In this document: piece after piece, positions 47,785 to 59,118 of the stretch
How positions within the stretch are numbered: the stretch's first letter is position 1
Layout of the letters: each line of letters begins with the position of its first letter
From: Patescibacteria group bacterium
GTDB taxonomy: Bacteria > Patescibacteriota > Minisyncoccia > GWC2-36-17 > WO2-46-25
Assembly (NCBI GenBank): GCA_038062295.1
Contig: JBBTXL010000008.1
Location: 1,430 to 65,429 of the forward strand
DNA length: 64,000 nucleotides
Direction of reading: 5' to 3'
Notes under the pieces: generated by a model
The model's input: the letters and a program-made list of their open reading frames with translations, nothing else
Told to the model about the DNA's origin: nothing
Databases searched by the model: none
Made by a program: the position numbers and the translations under genes

Positions 47785-47881
47785 TGTTAAAGAAGTCCGG
47801 GTTAGACGAAATCGATAATATCGATTAGTCTACCCGGCTTTTTTACTTTTATACACATATGGAACATGCTACGATACATCC

Positions 47882-48298
47882 ATGTGGATTCTCTATGCAT
47901 TATTATCGGCGGTGTTTGCGGCGGGAGTTGCCGTACTGGGCAAGATCGGTTTGAGCCATGTTGACTCAACGCTTGCAACCACGGTGCGCGCCGTCGTGAT
48001 GGCGGTGTTTCTCGTTATCGTATCTATTGCGCTGGGGAAAAGCGGATTGCTTTCGTCTATTAACAGTAAGGCGTTCGCGTTTATCGTCGCATCGGGCATT
48101 GCCGGCGCGCTCTCATGGCTGTTCTACTTTTTTGCGCTTGCGCATGGCCCCGCGTCGGCTGTTGCCGCGCTGGATAGATTGAGTGTGGTGTTCGTGCTCG
48201 TGCTTGCCATTCTCTTTTTAGGCGAGCAGTTGACGTTGAAAACGGGCGCGGGTGCGCTTTTGATAACCATCGGCGCCATACTCATGGCGTTTCGATAA
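47882..48298 (+). CDS. EamA/DMT family transporter
   Basis: Single EamA repeat; SWLFYFFAL..GPAS.VA.LDRLSVVF. Confidence 0.88.
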   Translation: MWILYALLSAVFAAGVAVLGKIGLSHVDSTLATTVRAVVMAVFLVIVSIALGKSGLLSSINSKAFAFIVASGIAGALSWLFYFFALAHGPASAVAALDRLSVVFVLVLAILFLGEQLTLKTGAGALLITIGAILMAFR

Positions 48299-48888
48299 TG
48301 AAGCGTCCTTCACCTTCGTTTTTTGCCCGACCGACACTTTTGGTCGCGCGCGGTTTGCTGGGGAAATATCTCGTGGTAAAACACGGCCGCCGTGCTGTGG
48401 CAGGAAAAATAGTGGAAACGGAAGCGTATATCGGGGAGGATGACCTGGCCTGTCACGCCTCACGCGGGAGAACCCATCGGACAGAAACGTTGTATGCCGC
48501 GCCGGGCACCGTGTATGTGTATCTTATTTATGGGATGTATTGCTGTCTGAACTTTGTGACGGAGAAAAAGGATTTTCCCGCCGCCGTACTTATCCGCGCC
48601 GTGGAGCCCTTCGACGTTACTCAGGGTAAACCCTTCGGTGATAGTCAGGGCATGCCGCCCCTCACGAATGGTCCCGGTAAATTATGCAAAGCGTTCGGCA
48701 TTGGCCGAAGTATGAACGGGGAGAGTATTTCAGGAACCAAGCTTTGGATAGAAGATAGGGGAGTGCGCATTGCGCGCAAGGATATCATTGCCGCGCCCCG
48801 CATCGGGGTTGACTACGCCGGCCATTCCCGGCACCACCCCTGGCGGTTTTACGTAAGGGGAAGTAGCTTCGTTTCCCGCAATCGCTAA
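48298..48888 (+). CDS. mpg: 3-methyladenine DNA glycosylase
   Basis: IVETEAY, YVYLIYGMY, AVLIRA, NGPGKLC, PRIGV. Confidence 0.93.
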   Translation: MKRPSPSFFARPTLLVARGLLGKYLVVKHGRRAVAGKIVETEAYIGEDDLACHASRGRTHRTETLYAAPGTVYVYLIYGMYCCLNFVTEKKDFPAAVLIRAVEPFDVTQGKPFGDSQGMPPLTNGPGKLCKAFGIGRSMNGESISGTKLWIEDRGVRIARKDIIAAPRIGVDYAGHSRHHPWRFYVRGSSFVSRNR

Positions 48889-48908
48889 CAATAAAATCCC
48901 GTTTTTCA

Positions 48909-48950
48909 AATTGTACATGAAAAACCCTATAGTGCATTTCGTATACGATT
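48909..48950. repeat. 42-bp imperfect palindrome, copy 1
   Basis: AATTGTACATGAAAAACCCTATAGTGCATTTCGTATACGATT. Confidence 0.8.
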
Positions 48951-48959
48951 TATGGTAGT

Positions 48960-49526
48960 ATGTCTGATATGCGTGGGAAACGGTTGGGGCCGATGGCACA
49001 AAAAATATTACTGCTTTTGGAGGCGGGGGTTGTTTTGGGTTTGACGAGCAGACCAGACCAGTATTTTCGCGTACTCAAGCAAACAAGCGCGGCGTGGCGC
49101 ATCATCAACAAAGAAAGTCTTCACCGGGGGATTAAGCGTCTTCATCACTCCCAATTGGTTATTTGTGAGAGAAAGGGCGACGGGACGGTGCTTCTCTCGA
49201 TCAGCAACCTTGGGACAAAGAAGACGCTTCAATATCATGTGCGTGACATGAAACTCCCAAGAGTTGTCCGGTGGGATGGCTCATGGCGTATCGTGATTTT
49301 TGATATTCCGGAGAAGCTTAAGCAGGGGAGAAGGGCGTTTTCCGAAAAACTGCGAGAACTCGGTTTTTATGCGCTTCAGAAGAGTGTTTTTGTTTTTCCG
49401 TATCCTTGCAAGAAAGAGATGGACATTCTTGTTGAGTATTTTGAATTGCAGCCGTATGTTAGGCTCATTGAGGCACAGAAAATAGACAATGCATCATATT
49501 TGAAACGGCATTTCAAGATCACCTAA
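48960..49526 (+). CDS. PaaX/Cas2-like protein (wHTH + Cas2-like domain)
   Basis: WDGSWRIVIFDIPEK...LRELGFYALQKSVFV. Confidence 0.85.
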   Translation: MSDMRGKRLGPMAQKILLLLEAGVVLGLTSRPDQYFRVLKQTSAAWRIINKESLHRGIKRLHHSQLVICERKGDGTVLLSISNLGTKKTLQYHVRDMKLPRVVRWDGSWRIVIFDIPEKLKQGRRAFSEKLRELGFYALQKSVFVFPYPCKKEMDILVEYFELQPYVRLIEAQKIDNASYLKRHFKIT

Positions 49527-49566
49527 TTGTATATGAATTACACTATAGTGTAGTTCGTGTACAATT
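49525..49566. repeat. 42-bp imperfect palindrome, copy 2
   Basis: AATTGTATATGAATTACACTATAGTGTAGTTCGTGTACAATT; 34/42 identical to copy 1. Confidence 0.8.
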
Positions 49567-49721
49567 GGTGGTGCGGGAGAATTGCGAAAAATCCTCTAAA
49601 ATGAAGAACCTCTCTGTATTGCAGAGAGGTCTTTGTGTTTTTATCGGATGCCCTGTAGCCGATCGAGGTTGCGGCGTATCATTTCGATATCCACCACGCC
49701 GGGTGGGCTGTGTTCCATTTC

Positions 49722-49865
49722 TTACAGGATTCTGGCGCGTTCCCGCTCCCGCGCGCGGCGAGTGAGCTGTTCGGCTTTTGTATCAAGCCATTTCAGCCAT
49801 TTTTCGGGGAAAGTGAAGATGCAAACAACAAGTCCTACGATTTCCACCAACGTTAAAAGATCCAT
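49722..49865 (-). CDS. 47-aa single-TM peptide (not in ORF track)
   Basis: SD AAAGGAGGT; MDLLTLVEIVGLVVCIFTFPEKWLKWLDTKAEQLTRRARERERARIL*. Confidence 0.5.
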   Translation of the reverse strand: MDLLTLVEIVGLVVCIFTFPEKWLKWLDTKAEQLTRRARERERARIL

Positions 49866-49955
49866 GGTTACCTCCTTTGGCGGCGTTTCGGTATACCAAG
49901 AGCGTACCGTGGTTTTGCTGTTTTATCAAGAATTTATTTGTGATACACTGGATGC

Positions 49956-51107
49956 ATGTTAAAGCTCATCCATACGGCGGACGTGCATATCGGCGTGAAA
50001 TTCGGGGCGTTCGGGAAGCGCGCCGAGGAACAGCGCAAAGCGCTCCGCGATGCTCTCGCAAAGATAGCCGACCGTGCCGTGTCGGAGCGGGCGCAACTGC
50101 TGCTGATCGCGGGCGACCTGTTTGACTCAAATTTTCCTTCATACGACTCCGTCGGGTTTGTGAAAACGCAATTTAAAAAGCTCAATGACGCGGGAGTGTA
50201 TGTTGCCATTGTGCCCGGCACGCATGACTGTTTGAGCGGCGACTCCATTTACAAGCGCGAGCATTTCGCGGCGCAGTTTCCACGCGTGCATGTATTCGAT
50301 GATCCGGCGATAACAACAAAAGAATTTCCGGATATTGATACGACGGTATACGCAAAAGCGAACGTATCCAACAAGTCTTCCGAGAGCCCCGTGGCATTCC
50401 TTGCGAGCGCGGTGAAAAGCGCAGCAACAAAGTATACAGTGGCGATGGCGCATGGGTCGGTGCAGATAGAAGGGAAGTCCGCGCGCGACGATATGCCGAT
50501 AGAACCAAAGGATATTGAGCGCTCGGGCGTTCAGTACCTGGCGCTTGGGCACTGGCACGGGTGCCAGGATTTTTCCGCCAAGGGCGTTGTGGCATGGTAC
50601 TCCGGTTCTCCCGAAGTTACCTATCAGGAAGGGAAGGGCGGTATCGGACAGGGGTATGCGTTGTCGGTGGAAATTACGGAGGACGGCGGCGCACAGGTGA
50701 CGCCGCTGAAAATATCGCAAAAAGAAGTCGCAGAGATCCGTCTGGATATGCAGGTGACAGAAACCATGGAGCAGGCATATTTCGAACTGGAGCAGCGCGC
50801 CAGCCCAAACCGCATCGCCGTCGTGACGTTCGCCGGTGTAGCGCCCGCAGGCGTTTTTATAGACCCCGAAAAAATAGAGCGCGACTTTGCCGACGCGTTT
50901 TTCAGCATTACGGTCAGCGACGAAACGGTGTCGGCGGAGGAAGAGATCACCGAGCTCAACTACCCCGAGGAGCTGGTGATCGGCCAGTTCGTACGCATCA
51001 TGCAACAGCGCATCACAAACGCGAAAGACCCTGCGGAACGCCAACGGATGACCGAGGCGCTTCACCTGGGCGTTGCGGAACTGGAAGGGAAAAATATTCT
51101 GGGGTAA
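49956..51107 (+). CDS. SbcD/Mre11-like metallophosphoesterase nuclease
   Basis: HTADVH, AGDLFD, PGTHD, AHG, LGHWH. Confidence 0.9.
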   Translation: MLKLIHTADVHIGVKFGAFGKRAEEQRKALRDALAKIADRAVSERAQLLLIAGDLFDSNFPSYDSVGFVKTQFKKLNDAGVYVAIVPGTHDCLSGDSIYKREHFAAQFPRVHVFDDPAITTKEFPDIDTTVYAKANVSNKSSESPVAFLASAVKSAATKYTVAMAHGSVQIEGKSARDDMPIEPKDIERSGVQYLALGHWHGCQDFSAKGVVAWYSGSPEVTYQEGKGGIGQGYALSVEITEDGGAQVTPLKISQKEVAEIRLDMQVTETMEQAYFELEQRASPNRIAVVTFAGVAPAGVFIDPEKIERDFADAFFSITVSDETVSAEEEITELNYPEELVIGQFVRIMQQRITNAKDPAERQRMTEALHLGVAELEGKNILG

Positions 51108-51112
51108 AGAGC

Positions 51113-53191
51113 ATGTTCATTACTTCTATTTCACTCCATAATTTTAAAAAATTCGCGTCATTTTCCGCGAAGTTCACGGGTGATTTCACCGTGGTGAAGG
51201 GACCGAACGAGCAGGGGAAATCAACGCTGCTTTTCGCGTTGTTGGCCGGGTTGTTCTACGACCCCAAAAAAAGCAATAAGGATATTCTGGCGCTCAAATC
51301 GTGGCAGTCGGACCGGATGTACGATATTACGCTCGAGTTCGAGCATAACGGCGAACAGTACGCGCTCGTAAAGAATTTTGAGACAAAAGAGGGTTCGCTG
51401 GAAAACCTGACGACCAAAGAACGGTGGATGACGCATGGCGATGTGGCCAAGCAGTTGTTTGCGCTGGGCGCGCTTCGTTCGCTGGCGTTATTCGAGCGTA
51501 CGGCGTGCGTGCGGCATGATGCGTTGGCGGGTGTTGCGGAGGGAAAAAAGGAAATATCGCGGACGCTCGAAGAGCTGATGACCGCATCGGGCGAGCATGT
51601 GAGCGCGGACAAAGTGATCGCGACGATCGACAACGAACTGACCGCGCTGCAAAAAGGCATGCGGGGAACCGCAAAAACACCCGGTCTTCTCGTACAACTC
51701 GAAACGGAGATCGCGGAACTCGCCGCCAAGCGCCAGGCCATTGAGGAAGAGCTTTCGCGCGCCTCGGCTGCCGCGGCGCACTATGCCGAGCGCGACCGGG
51801 TGCATGGGGCCGTTGCGGCAAAATGTGCCGCCGTACGCGGTCAGCACGAACGCAATGCCGTATATTTCAAAACAACCGAAGAACTGAAACAGCTGACGAC
51901 GCAGTTTGATACGCTGAATGCCGATGTGCTTGTCGTCCAGGATGTTGCCGCAAAAAAAGAGTATATCACGCGCGAATTGGAGCATCTGCGCATCCTGCCC
52001 TCGGTGGACATGAACGCTCTGTATGCGCTCCGCGAACAGCTGGCCGTCAGAAAAGAAAAGCTCGCATACGCGACGGCGGAAAAAAAGGAAATGAGCACGG
52101 GGCATCGCATGCGGCTCGCGCATATCAAACCGGTGCACGCGGCGGTTTCCCTGGTGCTGTTGGGAGCGGGGCTTCTGGGATTTTTTGACCCGCGATTGTT
52201 TATCTTTCTGGGTTTGTTTGTTATTGCCGCGTCGTACAGTTTCATTCTGCGCAAAGGCATTACGGTGCATACTCGCGCCGCGGTGGATACGGATGCGGAG
52301 CGCCTGGAGCACGAGATCGCGGTCATGGAGAAACAGCTGGCGCAGACGTTTGCCGTATACGGCGTTACGAACGAAAAGGAGCTGTTGGAAAAGGTGAAAA
52401 AGTATAACGCGCTCGGGCAGGAGCACGCAAAACTGGAGAGCAAGGAGGAGGGAATCCTGCGCGGAAAAACGCTCGCGGCGCTCATTCAGGAAAAGAACGA
52501 GTGCGCGCGCCGCGTTGCTGTTGCGGAGTCAACAATTTCTGCCGAGGAGCGCGTGCATCCCCCCGCTCCTGGAGACCAGCGGATGCTGGAAGTTTCTCTG
52601 CGGGCGCTTGAACAGGAGGCGGCGCAGGGTGAAAAAGAGCTGCGCGATGCCGGTGCCGCCCTTGCGGCGCGCGCCAGCCGCGAGGATTTTGCGCGGTGCG
52701 AGGAGGCACTCGAGATGAAACGCCGGAGCAAGGAAAACGCCGAACGCAAGCTCGCGACGCTCATGGAGCTCAAAGATGCGCTTGCGGAGGCGCAGAAAAA
52801 GACCATTGCGGCGTCCCGTGCGCAGATAGAGTCGTACCTGGAAAAATATCTTGCCGCCGTGACCGACGGACGCTACCGGCGGGTGCGGGTGAACGATGAC
52901 CTGTCGTTCGTGGTGTGGTCCGATGAAAAAAACGACATGATCGTGCCCGAGGACCACTTGTCCCGCGGCACCATCGACCAGTTTTATCTGATCGCACGGC
53001 TCGCCGTGTTGTCACTGCTCAACAAGGGTACAAAGTCGCTGTTGCCGTTGGACGACCCGTTTCATGCGTTCGATGCCGTTCGCAGGGAACGGGCGCGCAG
53101 GATCCTCACGGATGCGACAAGCGCGTTCCAGGTTATTTTATTCACCCACTCGTCCGATTACGACACATGGGGTAATGTTATTGAAATATGA
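51113..53191 (+). CDS. SbcC/YhaN-like SMC-type ATPase
   Basis: GPNEQGKST Walker A, coiled coil, LSRGT signature, LDDPF Walker B. Confidence 0.85.
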   Translation: MFITSISLHNFKKFASFSAKFTGDFTVVKGPNEQGKSTLLFALLAGLFYDPKKSNKDILALKSWQSDRMYDITLEFEHNGEQYALVKNFETKEGSLENLTTKERWMTHGDVAKQLFALGALRSLALFERTACVRHDALAGVAEGKKEISRTLEELMTASGEHVSADKVIATIDNELTALQKGMRGTAKTPGLLVQLETEIAELAAKRQAIEEELSRASAAAAHYAERDRVHGAVAAKCAAVRGQHERNAVYFKTTEELKQLTTQFDTLNADVLVVQDVAAKKEYITRELEHLRILPSVDMNALYALREQLAVRKEKLAYATAEKKEMSTGHRMRLAHIKPVHAAVSLVLLGAGLLGFFDPRLFIFLGLFVIAASYSFILRKGITVHTRAAVDTDAERLEHEIAVMEKQLAQTFAVYGVTNEKELLEKVKKYNALGQEHAKLESKEEGILRGKTLAALIQEKNECARRVAVAESTISAEERVHPPAPGDQRMLEVSLRALEQEAAQGEKELRDAGAALAARASREDFARCEEALEMKRRSKENAERKLATLMELKDALAEAQKKTIAASRAQIESYLEKYLAAVTDGRYRRVRVNDDLSFVVWSDEKNDMIVPEDHLSRGTIDQFYLIARLAVLSLLNKGTKSLLPLDDPFHAFDAVRRERARRILTDATSAFQVILFTHSSDYDTWGNVIEI

Positions 53192-53583
53192 AGCGCGCAG
53201 CAGGCCGCATTGCGGCGGTGTGGGGGAATATCCGTGACTCGTATGATTTTCTGTTCGACGGATATATTCTTTCCATGATCGGCGCGACCGGTGCACTTCA
53301 CCTTGGGCTGTGGTACTACCTTAACACGAACGCGGGTCCTCCCGAAGCGTTCATTCCATTGCACTTTACCTATGCGTTCGGCGTTGACCTGATCGGCCGC
53401 GCCGCAGAAATGTATTATGTCGCATATTGGGCGATCGCATTCTCCATCGTGAACATTCTGTGCGCCCGATTCGCATACCGGTACGATATTCTGGCGGCAT
53501 ACTTTCTTGCTTCCGCTCTGCCGCTCGTTCATGGTATAATGCTTTTTGAAAGCATATTGGTTATGAATGCAGGCGTCGTATAA
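53188..53583 (+). CDS. Membrane protein
   Basis: Three TMs; IPLHFTYAFGVD. Confidence 0.65.
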   Translation: MKRAAGRIAAVWGNIRDSYDFLFDGYILSMIGATGALHLGLWYYLNTNAGPPEAFIPLHFTYAFGVDLIGRAAEMYYVAYWAIAFSIVNILCARFAYRYDILAAYFLASALPLVHGIMLFESILVMNAGVV

Positions 53584-55862
53584 TGCCACAGTCTCTCAAT
53601 ACTATTCTCTTTGCTCTTATTTTTATGGTGTGTGTCGGGCTGGTTGCCGGATACTTTTTTGTCACGCGCACTGGGGAACAGCCACCCGGACAGACGACGC
53701 AGCAACAGCCCCCGGCGTCGCTCACGGAAGCGCTTGCCAAAAGTGGCCTGAAAAAATTTGCGAGCGTGGATGAGGTCAAGGCGTTTCTGAAAGAACACAA
53801 CCAGGACATCCAGTATGGTTTTGGTGGTGAACGGCAGGCGCTGGGGATGGGAGCGGTCAAGCAGGATGTTTCTGCCGGCGCGCCTCTTTCGAGCGCGGGG
53901 ATCGGTTCGGCTCCCACAGCGCGCCCCGAAAGCGGCGGGGGAGGTAGCGACGATTTTTCACGCACCAACATCCAAGTGGAAGGCGTGGATGAAGCCGATA
54001 TTGTAAAAACCGACGGGAAATATGCTTACGCGATCTCCGGCGTCTCCGTGTTCATCATTGACGCGTATCCCGCGGAGCAGGCCAACATCGTCGGGCGCAT
54101 TGAACTGCCGTCGCCCGCGACCAATCTTTATATTAACGGCGACCGGCTTGCGGTGTACGGCTATGACCAGCAGTTTGTCATCCAGGAGGAACGCATGATG
54201 CTGTATCCGGAGATCTGGCCGCGGCCGTATAACCAATTCACGTTTTTCAAGGTGTACGATATTTCCGACAAAGCAAACCCGCGCCAGGTACGCGACATGA
54301 GCTTTGAAGGATATTTCAACGACTCGCGCATGGTGGGAGACTTTGTATATTTCATCACCACGAAGCAGCAGTACGGGTATGACGATACGGTGGTGCCGTT
54401 GCCGGTGATAATGCAAAACGGCGCGCCGCTCCCATTTGCAAAAGATGTGTACTATTTTGACATGCCGTACCGTTCGCAGAGCTTCGTGACAGTTGCTGCC
54501 ATCAACACGCAGGACAAGGACGCACCCATCACAAGCGAAGTGTACCTGATGGATGCCGGGCAGAACGTGTATATGTCCGAGAGTAATCTGTATATCGTAT
54601 CCACGCGGTATGTGGACGAATATCAGCTGGCGATGGATGTGACCAAAGAGGTGGTAACGCCGCGGCTTGGCGCGAAAGAGCGGGATACGATCGCAAAGAT
54701 ACAAGCAACCGATGTTGCCGTACTCACGCAATGGGAGAAAGAGCAGAAGATCATGAACGTGTTCCAGCGTTTCGTGATAGGGCTTACGGAATCCGAACGG
54801 ATGACGCTTGAAAAAGAAACGGAAAATAAGCTCAAAGAGCGTTACGCGGCCATCGCCAAAGAGCTTGAAAAGACGGTCATTCATAGGATCGCCGTGAGTA
54901 ACGGCATACTTTCACATACGGCGGTGGGTGAAGTGCCCGGCCATGTGCTCAATCAGTTTTCCATGGACGAGCACGATGGATATTTCCGTATTGCCACCAC
55001 CAAGAGCCGCAACTGGGCGCCCTACATTGAAGAGTCGCAGCGCGAACCGTACAGTAATCTATATGTGCTTGATGGCTCATTGAAGGTAGTTGGAAAACTG
55101 GAAGAACTTGCGCCCGGCGAACGCATTTATTCGGCACGGTTCATGCAGGCGCGCGCGTACCTGGTGACGTTCCAGCAGACCGATCCGCTGTTTGTTATTG
55201 ACGTGAGCGATCCGGCTGCGCCTAAGGTATTAGGCGAACTCAAAATTCCCGGGTTTTCAAACTATTTGCACCCGTACGACGACACGACGCTTATCGGCAT
55301 CGGCAGGGATACGGAAGCGCGTCCCGACGGGGGAGTCATCACCAAGGGGCTAAAGATCTCGCTGTTTGACGTGGCGAATGTTGCGCAGCCGTCCGAGGTG
55401 GCAAGCTACAAAACAGGCGGGCAGTGGAGCAGCTCCTTGGCGGAGTATGACCACAAGGCATTCTTGTTTTCCAAAGATAAAAATTTGCTGGTTATTCCCG
55501 CAACGCTTGCCGAGGAAAACAACAACAACCCGTTCATCGGTGCGCTGGTGTTTGATATCGGCAAAACTTCACTCGCGCTCAAAGGGAGGGTGGCACACCC
55601 GCAAAAGCAGACCGACGGATACTCATACGAAGAGGCCATCACGCGCAGTTTCTATATTGAAAATGGGCTGTACACGCTTTCCAATGCGATGCTTGGCATC
55701 AATAATCTTGCCGACCTCACGCTCATAAAAAATATCTCCTTCCCGCAACAAGTACAGACCGGCAGTAGCGGGGGCGGGTCTGTGCCGCCAGGCAAGCCCA
55801 TCCCGCTCATGATGCCCGGGGTCACCGAACCCTCATTTGAGCCATCCCTCCTGATGGAGTAG
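53583..55862 (+). CDS. Membrane-anchored beta-propeller domain protein
   Basis: TNIQVEGVDEADIVKTDG; LNQFSMDE; GELKIPGFSNYLHP. Confidence 0.85.
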   Translation: MPQSLNTILFALIFMVCVGLVAGYFFVTRTGEQPPGQTTQQQPPASLTEALAKSGLKKFASVDEVKAFLKEHNQDIQYGFGGERQALGMGAVKQDVSAGAPLSSAGIGSAPTARPESGGGGSDDFSRTNIQVEGVDEADIVKTDGKYAYAISGVSVFIIDAYPAEQANIVGRIELPSPATNLYINGDRLAVYGYDQQFVIQEERMMLYPEIWPRPYNQFTFFKVYDISDKANPRQVRDMSFEGYFNDSRMVGDFVYFITTKQQYGYDDTVVPLPVIMQNGAPLPFAKDVYYFDMPYRSQSFVTVAAINTQDKDAPITSEVYLMDAGQNVYMSESNLYIVSTRYVDEYQLAMDVTKEVVTPRLGAKERDTIAKIQATDVAVLTQWEKEQKIMNVFQRFVIGLTESERMTLEKETENKLKERYAAIAKELEKTVIHRIAVSNGILSHTAVGEVPGHVLNQFSMDEHDGYFRIATTKSRNWAPYIEESQREPYSNLYVLDGSLKVVGKLEELAPGERIYSARFMQARAYLVTFQQTDPLFVIDVSDPAAPKVLGELKIPGFSNYLHPYDDTTLIGIGRDTEARPDGGVITKGLKISLFDVANVAQPSEVASYKTGGQWSSSLAEYDHKAFLFSKDKNLLVIPATLAEENNNNPFIGALVFDIGKTSLALKGRVAHPQKQTDGYSYEEAITRSFYIENGLYTLSNAMLGINNLADLTLIKNISFPQQVQTGSSGGGSVPPGKPIPLMMPGVTEPSFEPSLLME

Positions 55863-55866
55863 GGTA

Positions 55867-55925
55867 TTGACATCATTGCCGCTCGCCTATACTATGGATT
55901 AGCACTCGTAGCGTTACAGTGCTAA
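55867..55925 (+). promoter_or_regulatory. Sigma-70 promoter plus CIRCE (HrcA operator)
   Basis: TTGACA-N17-TACTAT; TTAGCACTC-N9-CAGTGCTAA at 55899-55925 (one mismatch to consensus). Confidence 0.88.
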
Positions 55926-55959
55926 TTTTAATTTTATAAATCATTAACTTTTTATTAGT

Positions 55960-57899
<1,940 letters not shown>

Positions 57900-57917
57900 G
57901 AGCACCAAAAACTTTTT

Positions 57918-57954
57918 TAAACAAAACCCTTTCCGTCGGAGGGTTTTGTTTTTT
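57918..57954 (+). terminator. Terminator after groEL
   Basis: AAACAAAACCCT...AGGGTTTTGTTT. Confidence 0.7.
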
Positions 57955-57959
57955 ATGAT

Positions 57960-58901
57960 ATGATGCAAGTAATGCGGCAAAATGTTTCGTTACGAAATTT
58001 AAATACATATGGCGTCGGCGGGAGTGCGGCATACTTTACCGAAGCGCGGACAGGAGATGAAATGCGTTTGGCGGTTATGTTTGCGCGGGAAAAAGGGCTG
58101 CGGTATTTCATACTTGGCGGGGGAACGAACACGCTAGTTTCAGATGAAGGATTTTCCGGCGTTGTCATCCGCGCGATGCCCGGCGCCATAGCGGTGGAGG
58201 GGAATATGCTCGTGTCTGACGCCGGCGTTCCAATGGGTGTGCTGGTGCAAAAAGCAAAAACACTCTCGCTTACGGGGCTCGAGTGGGCAGCGGGATTGCC
58301 GGGGACGCTGGGCGGCGCCGTTTTTGGCAATGCCGGTTCGTGTGGCAAAGAAACCAAGGATGTTGTTGCCGAAGTGCGCGTGTATGACCCCGAACGCGGC
58401 GTGTTTTTAACCATCCCCCGGGACGCGTGTGCGTTTGCGTACCGCTCGAGCATGTTCAAATCGAACGGGAGCATTATTGTCGGCGCCACGCTTGCGCTTA
58501 CCCCCGGTAATCCCGAGGAGATCGCTGTGCGCATGCAGGAAAATATGCGTTTCCGCGCGTCGCATCAACCGCTTTCCGGCCGCTCCGAAGGATGTGTGTT
58601 CAAGAATGTGGAACTTGCGCACTCGCCCGAGGGCAGGGAATTGGTTTCGCGTGACGAGTGCTGTGGGCAGTTTCGCGATGCGGCATTTCTCCCCGCGGGT
58701 TTTTTGATAGACCGCGCCGGTTTGAAAGGTTGTGCCGTTGGCGGCGCACAGGTGAGCGAACGGCACGCGAATTTTGTGGTGAACGGCGGCGCAACGGCGC
58801 GTGACATTAGGGAATTGATCACCCATGTCAAAAGAACAGTAGAGGATACATACGGCGTTGCGCTTGTGGAAGAGATCCGCATGCTCCGGAACTATGAATA
58901 G
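57960..58901 (+). CDS. murB: UDP-N-acetylmuramate dehydrogenase
   Basis: GGGTNTL, PGTLGGAVFGNAG, GCVFKN, HANFVVN. Confidence 0.93.
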   Translation: MMQVMRQNVSLRNLNTYGVGGSAAYFTEARTGDEMRLAVMFAREKGLRYFILGGGTNTLVSDEGFSGVVIRAMPGAIAVEGNMLVSDAGVPMGVLVQKAKTLSLTGLEWAAGLPGTLGGAVFGNAGSCGKETKDVVAEVRVYDPERGVFLTIPRDACAFAYRSSMFKSNGSIIVGATLALTPGNPEEIAVRMQENMRFRASHQPLSGRSEGCVFKNVELAHSPEGRELVSRDECCGQFRDAAFLPAGFLIDRAGLKGCAVGGAQVSERHANFVVNGGATARDIRELITHVKRTVEDTYGVALVEEIRMLRNYE

Positions 58902-59076
58902 TATTACAAAAGATTATGAATGTATTACAGATGAGTTATCCACAGTTATTTTCATTGCACATTGGTGTATACTATAGGTAGATCGTTGCAGTTAAAATAA
59001 ATAGGAGGTCGCCTATTTATCATAAATAAAAATACCTTCGTTTTGTCGGACTCCTAAGCTGGCAAAACAGATACTT

Positions 59077-59118
59077 ATGGCAAAGAAAAAGAAGGCGGCA
59101 AAAAAGAAGAAGAGATAG
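59077..59118 (+). CDS. 13-aa Lys-rich micropeptide MAKKKKAAKKKKR
   Basis: Isolated ORF with upstream TATACT element and downstream terminator 59131-59165. Confidence 0.45.
   Translation: MAKKKKAAKKKKR

Noticed and set aside
47790-47845. RNase P RNA (AAGTCCGGG…ACCCGGCTT resembles P4 strands)
   Set aside because: The two segments are only ~35 nt apart and form a simple terminator hairpin; other RNase P elements are absent
48960-49526. CRISPR-Cas locus
   Set aside because: Cas2-like domain only; no cas1, effector genes or repeat-spacer array seen in the window
50561-51112. N-terminal extension of the 876-aa ORF
   Set aside because: Overlaps the sbcD-like gene in another frame; the ATPase domain starts at ATG 51113
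58893-58929. Short tandem duplication TATGAAT(A)GTATTACA after murB
   Set aside because: Two short AT-rich copies only; no functional support
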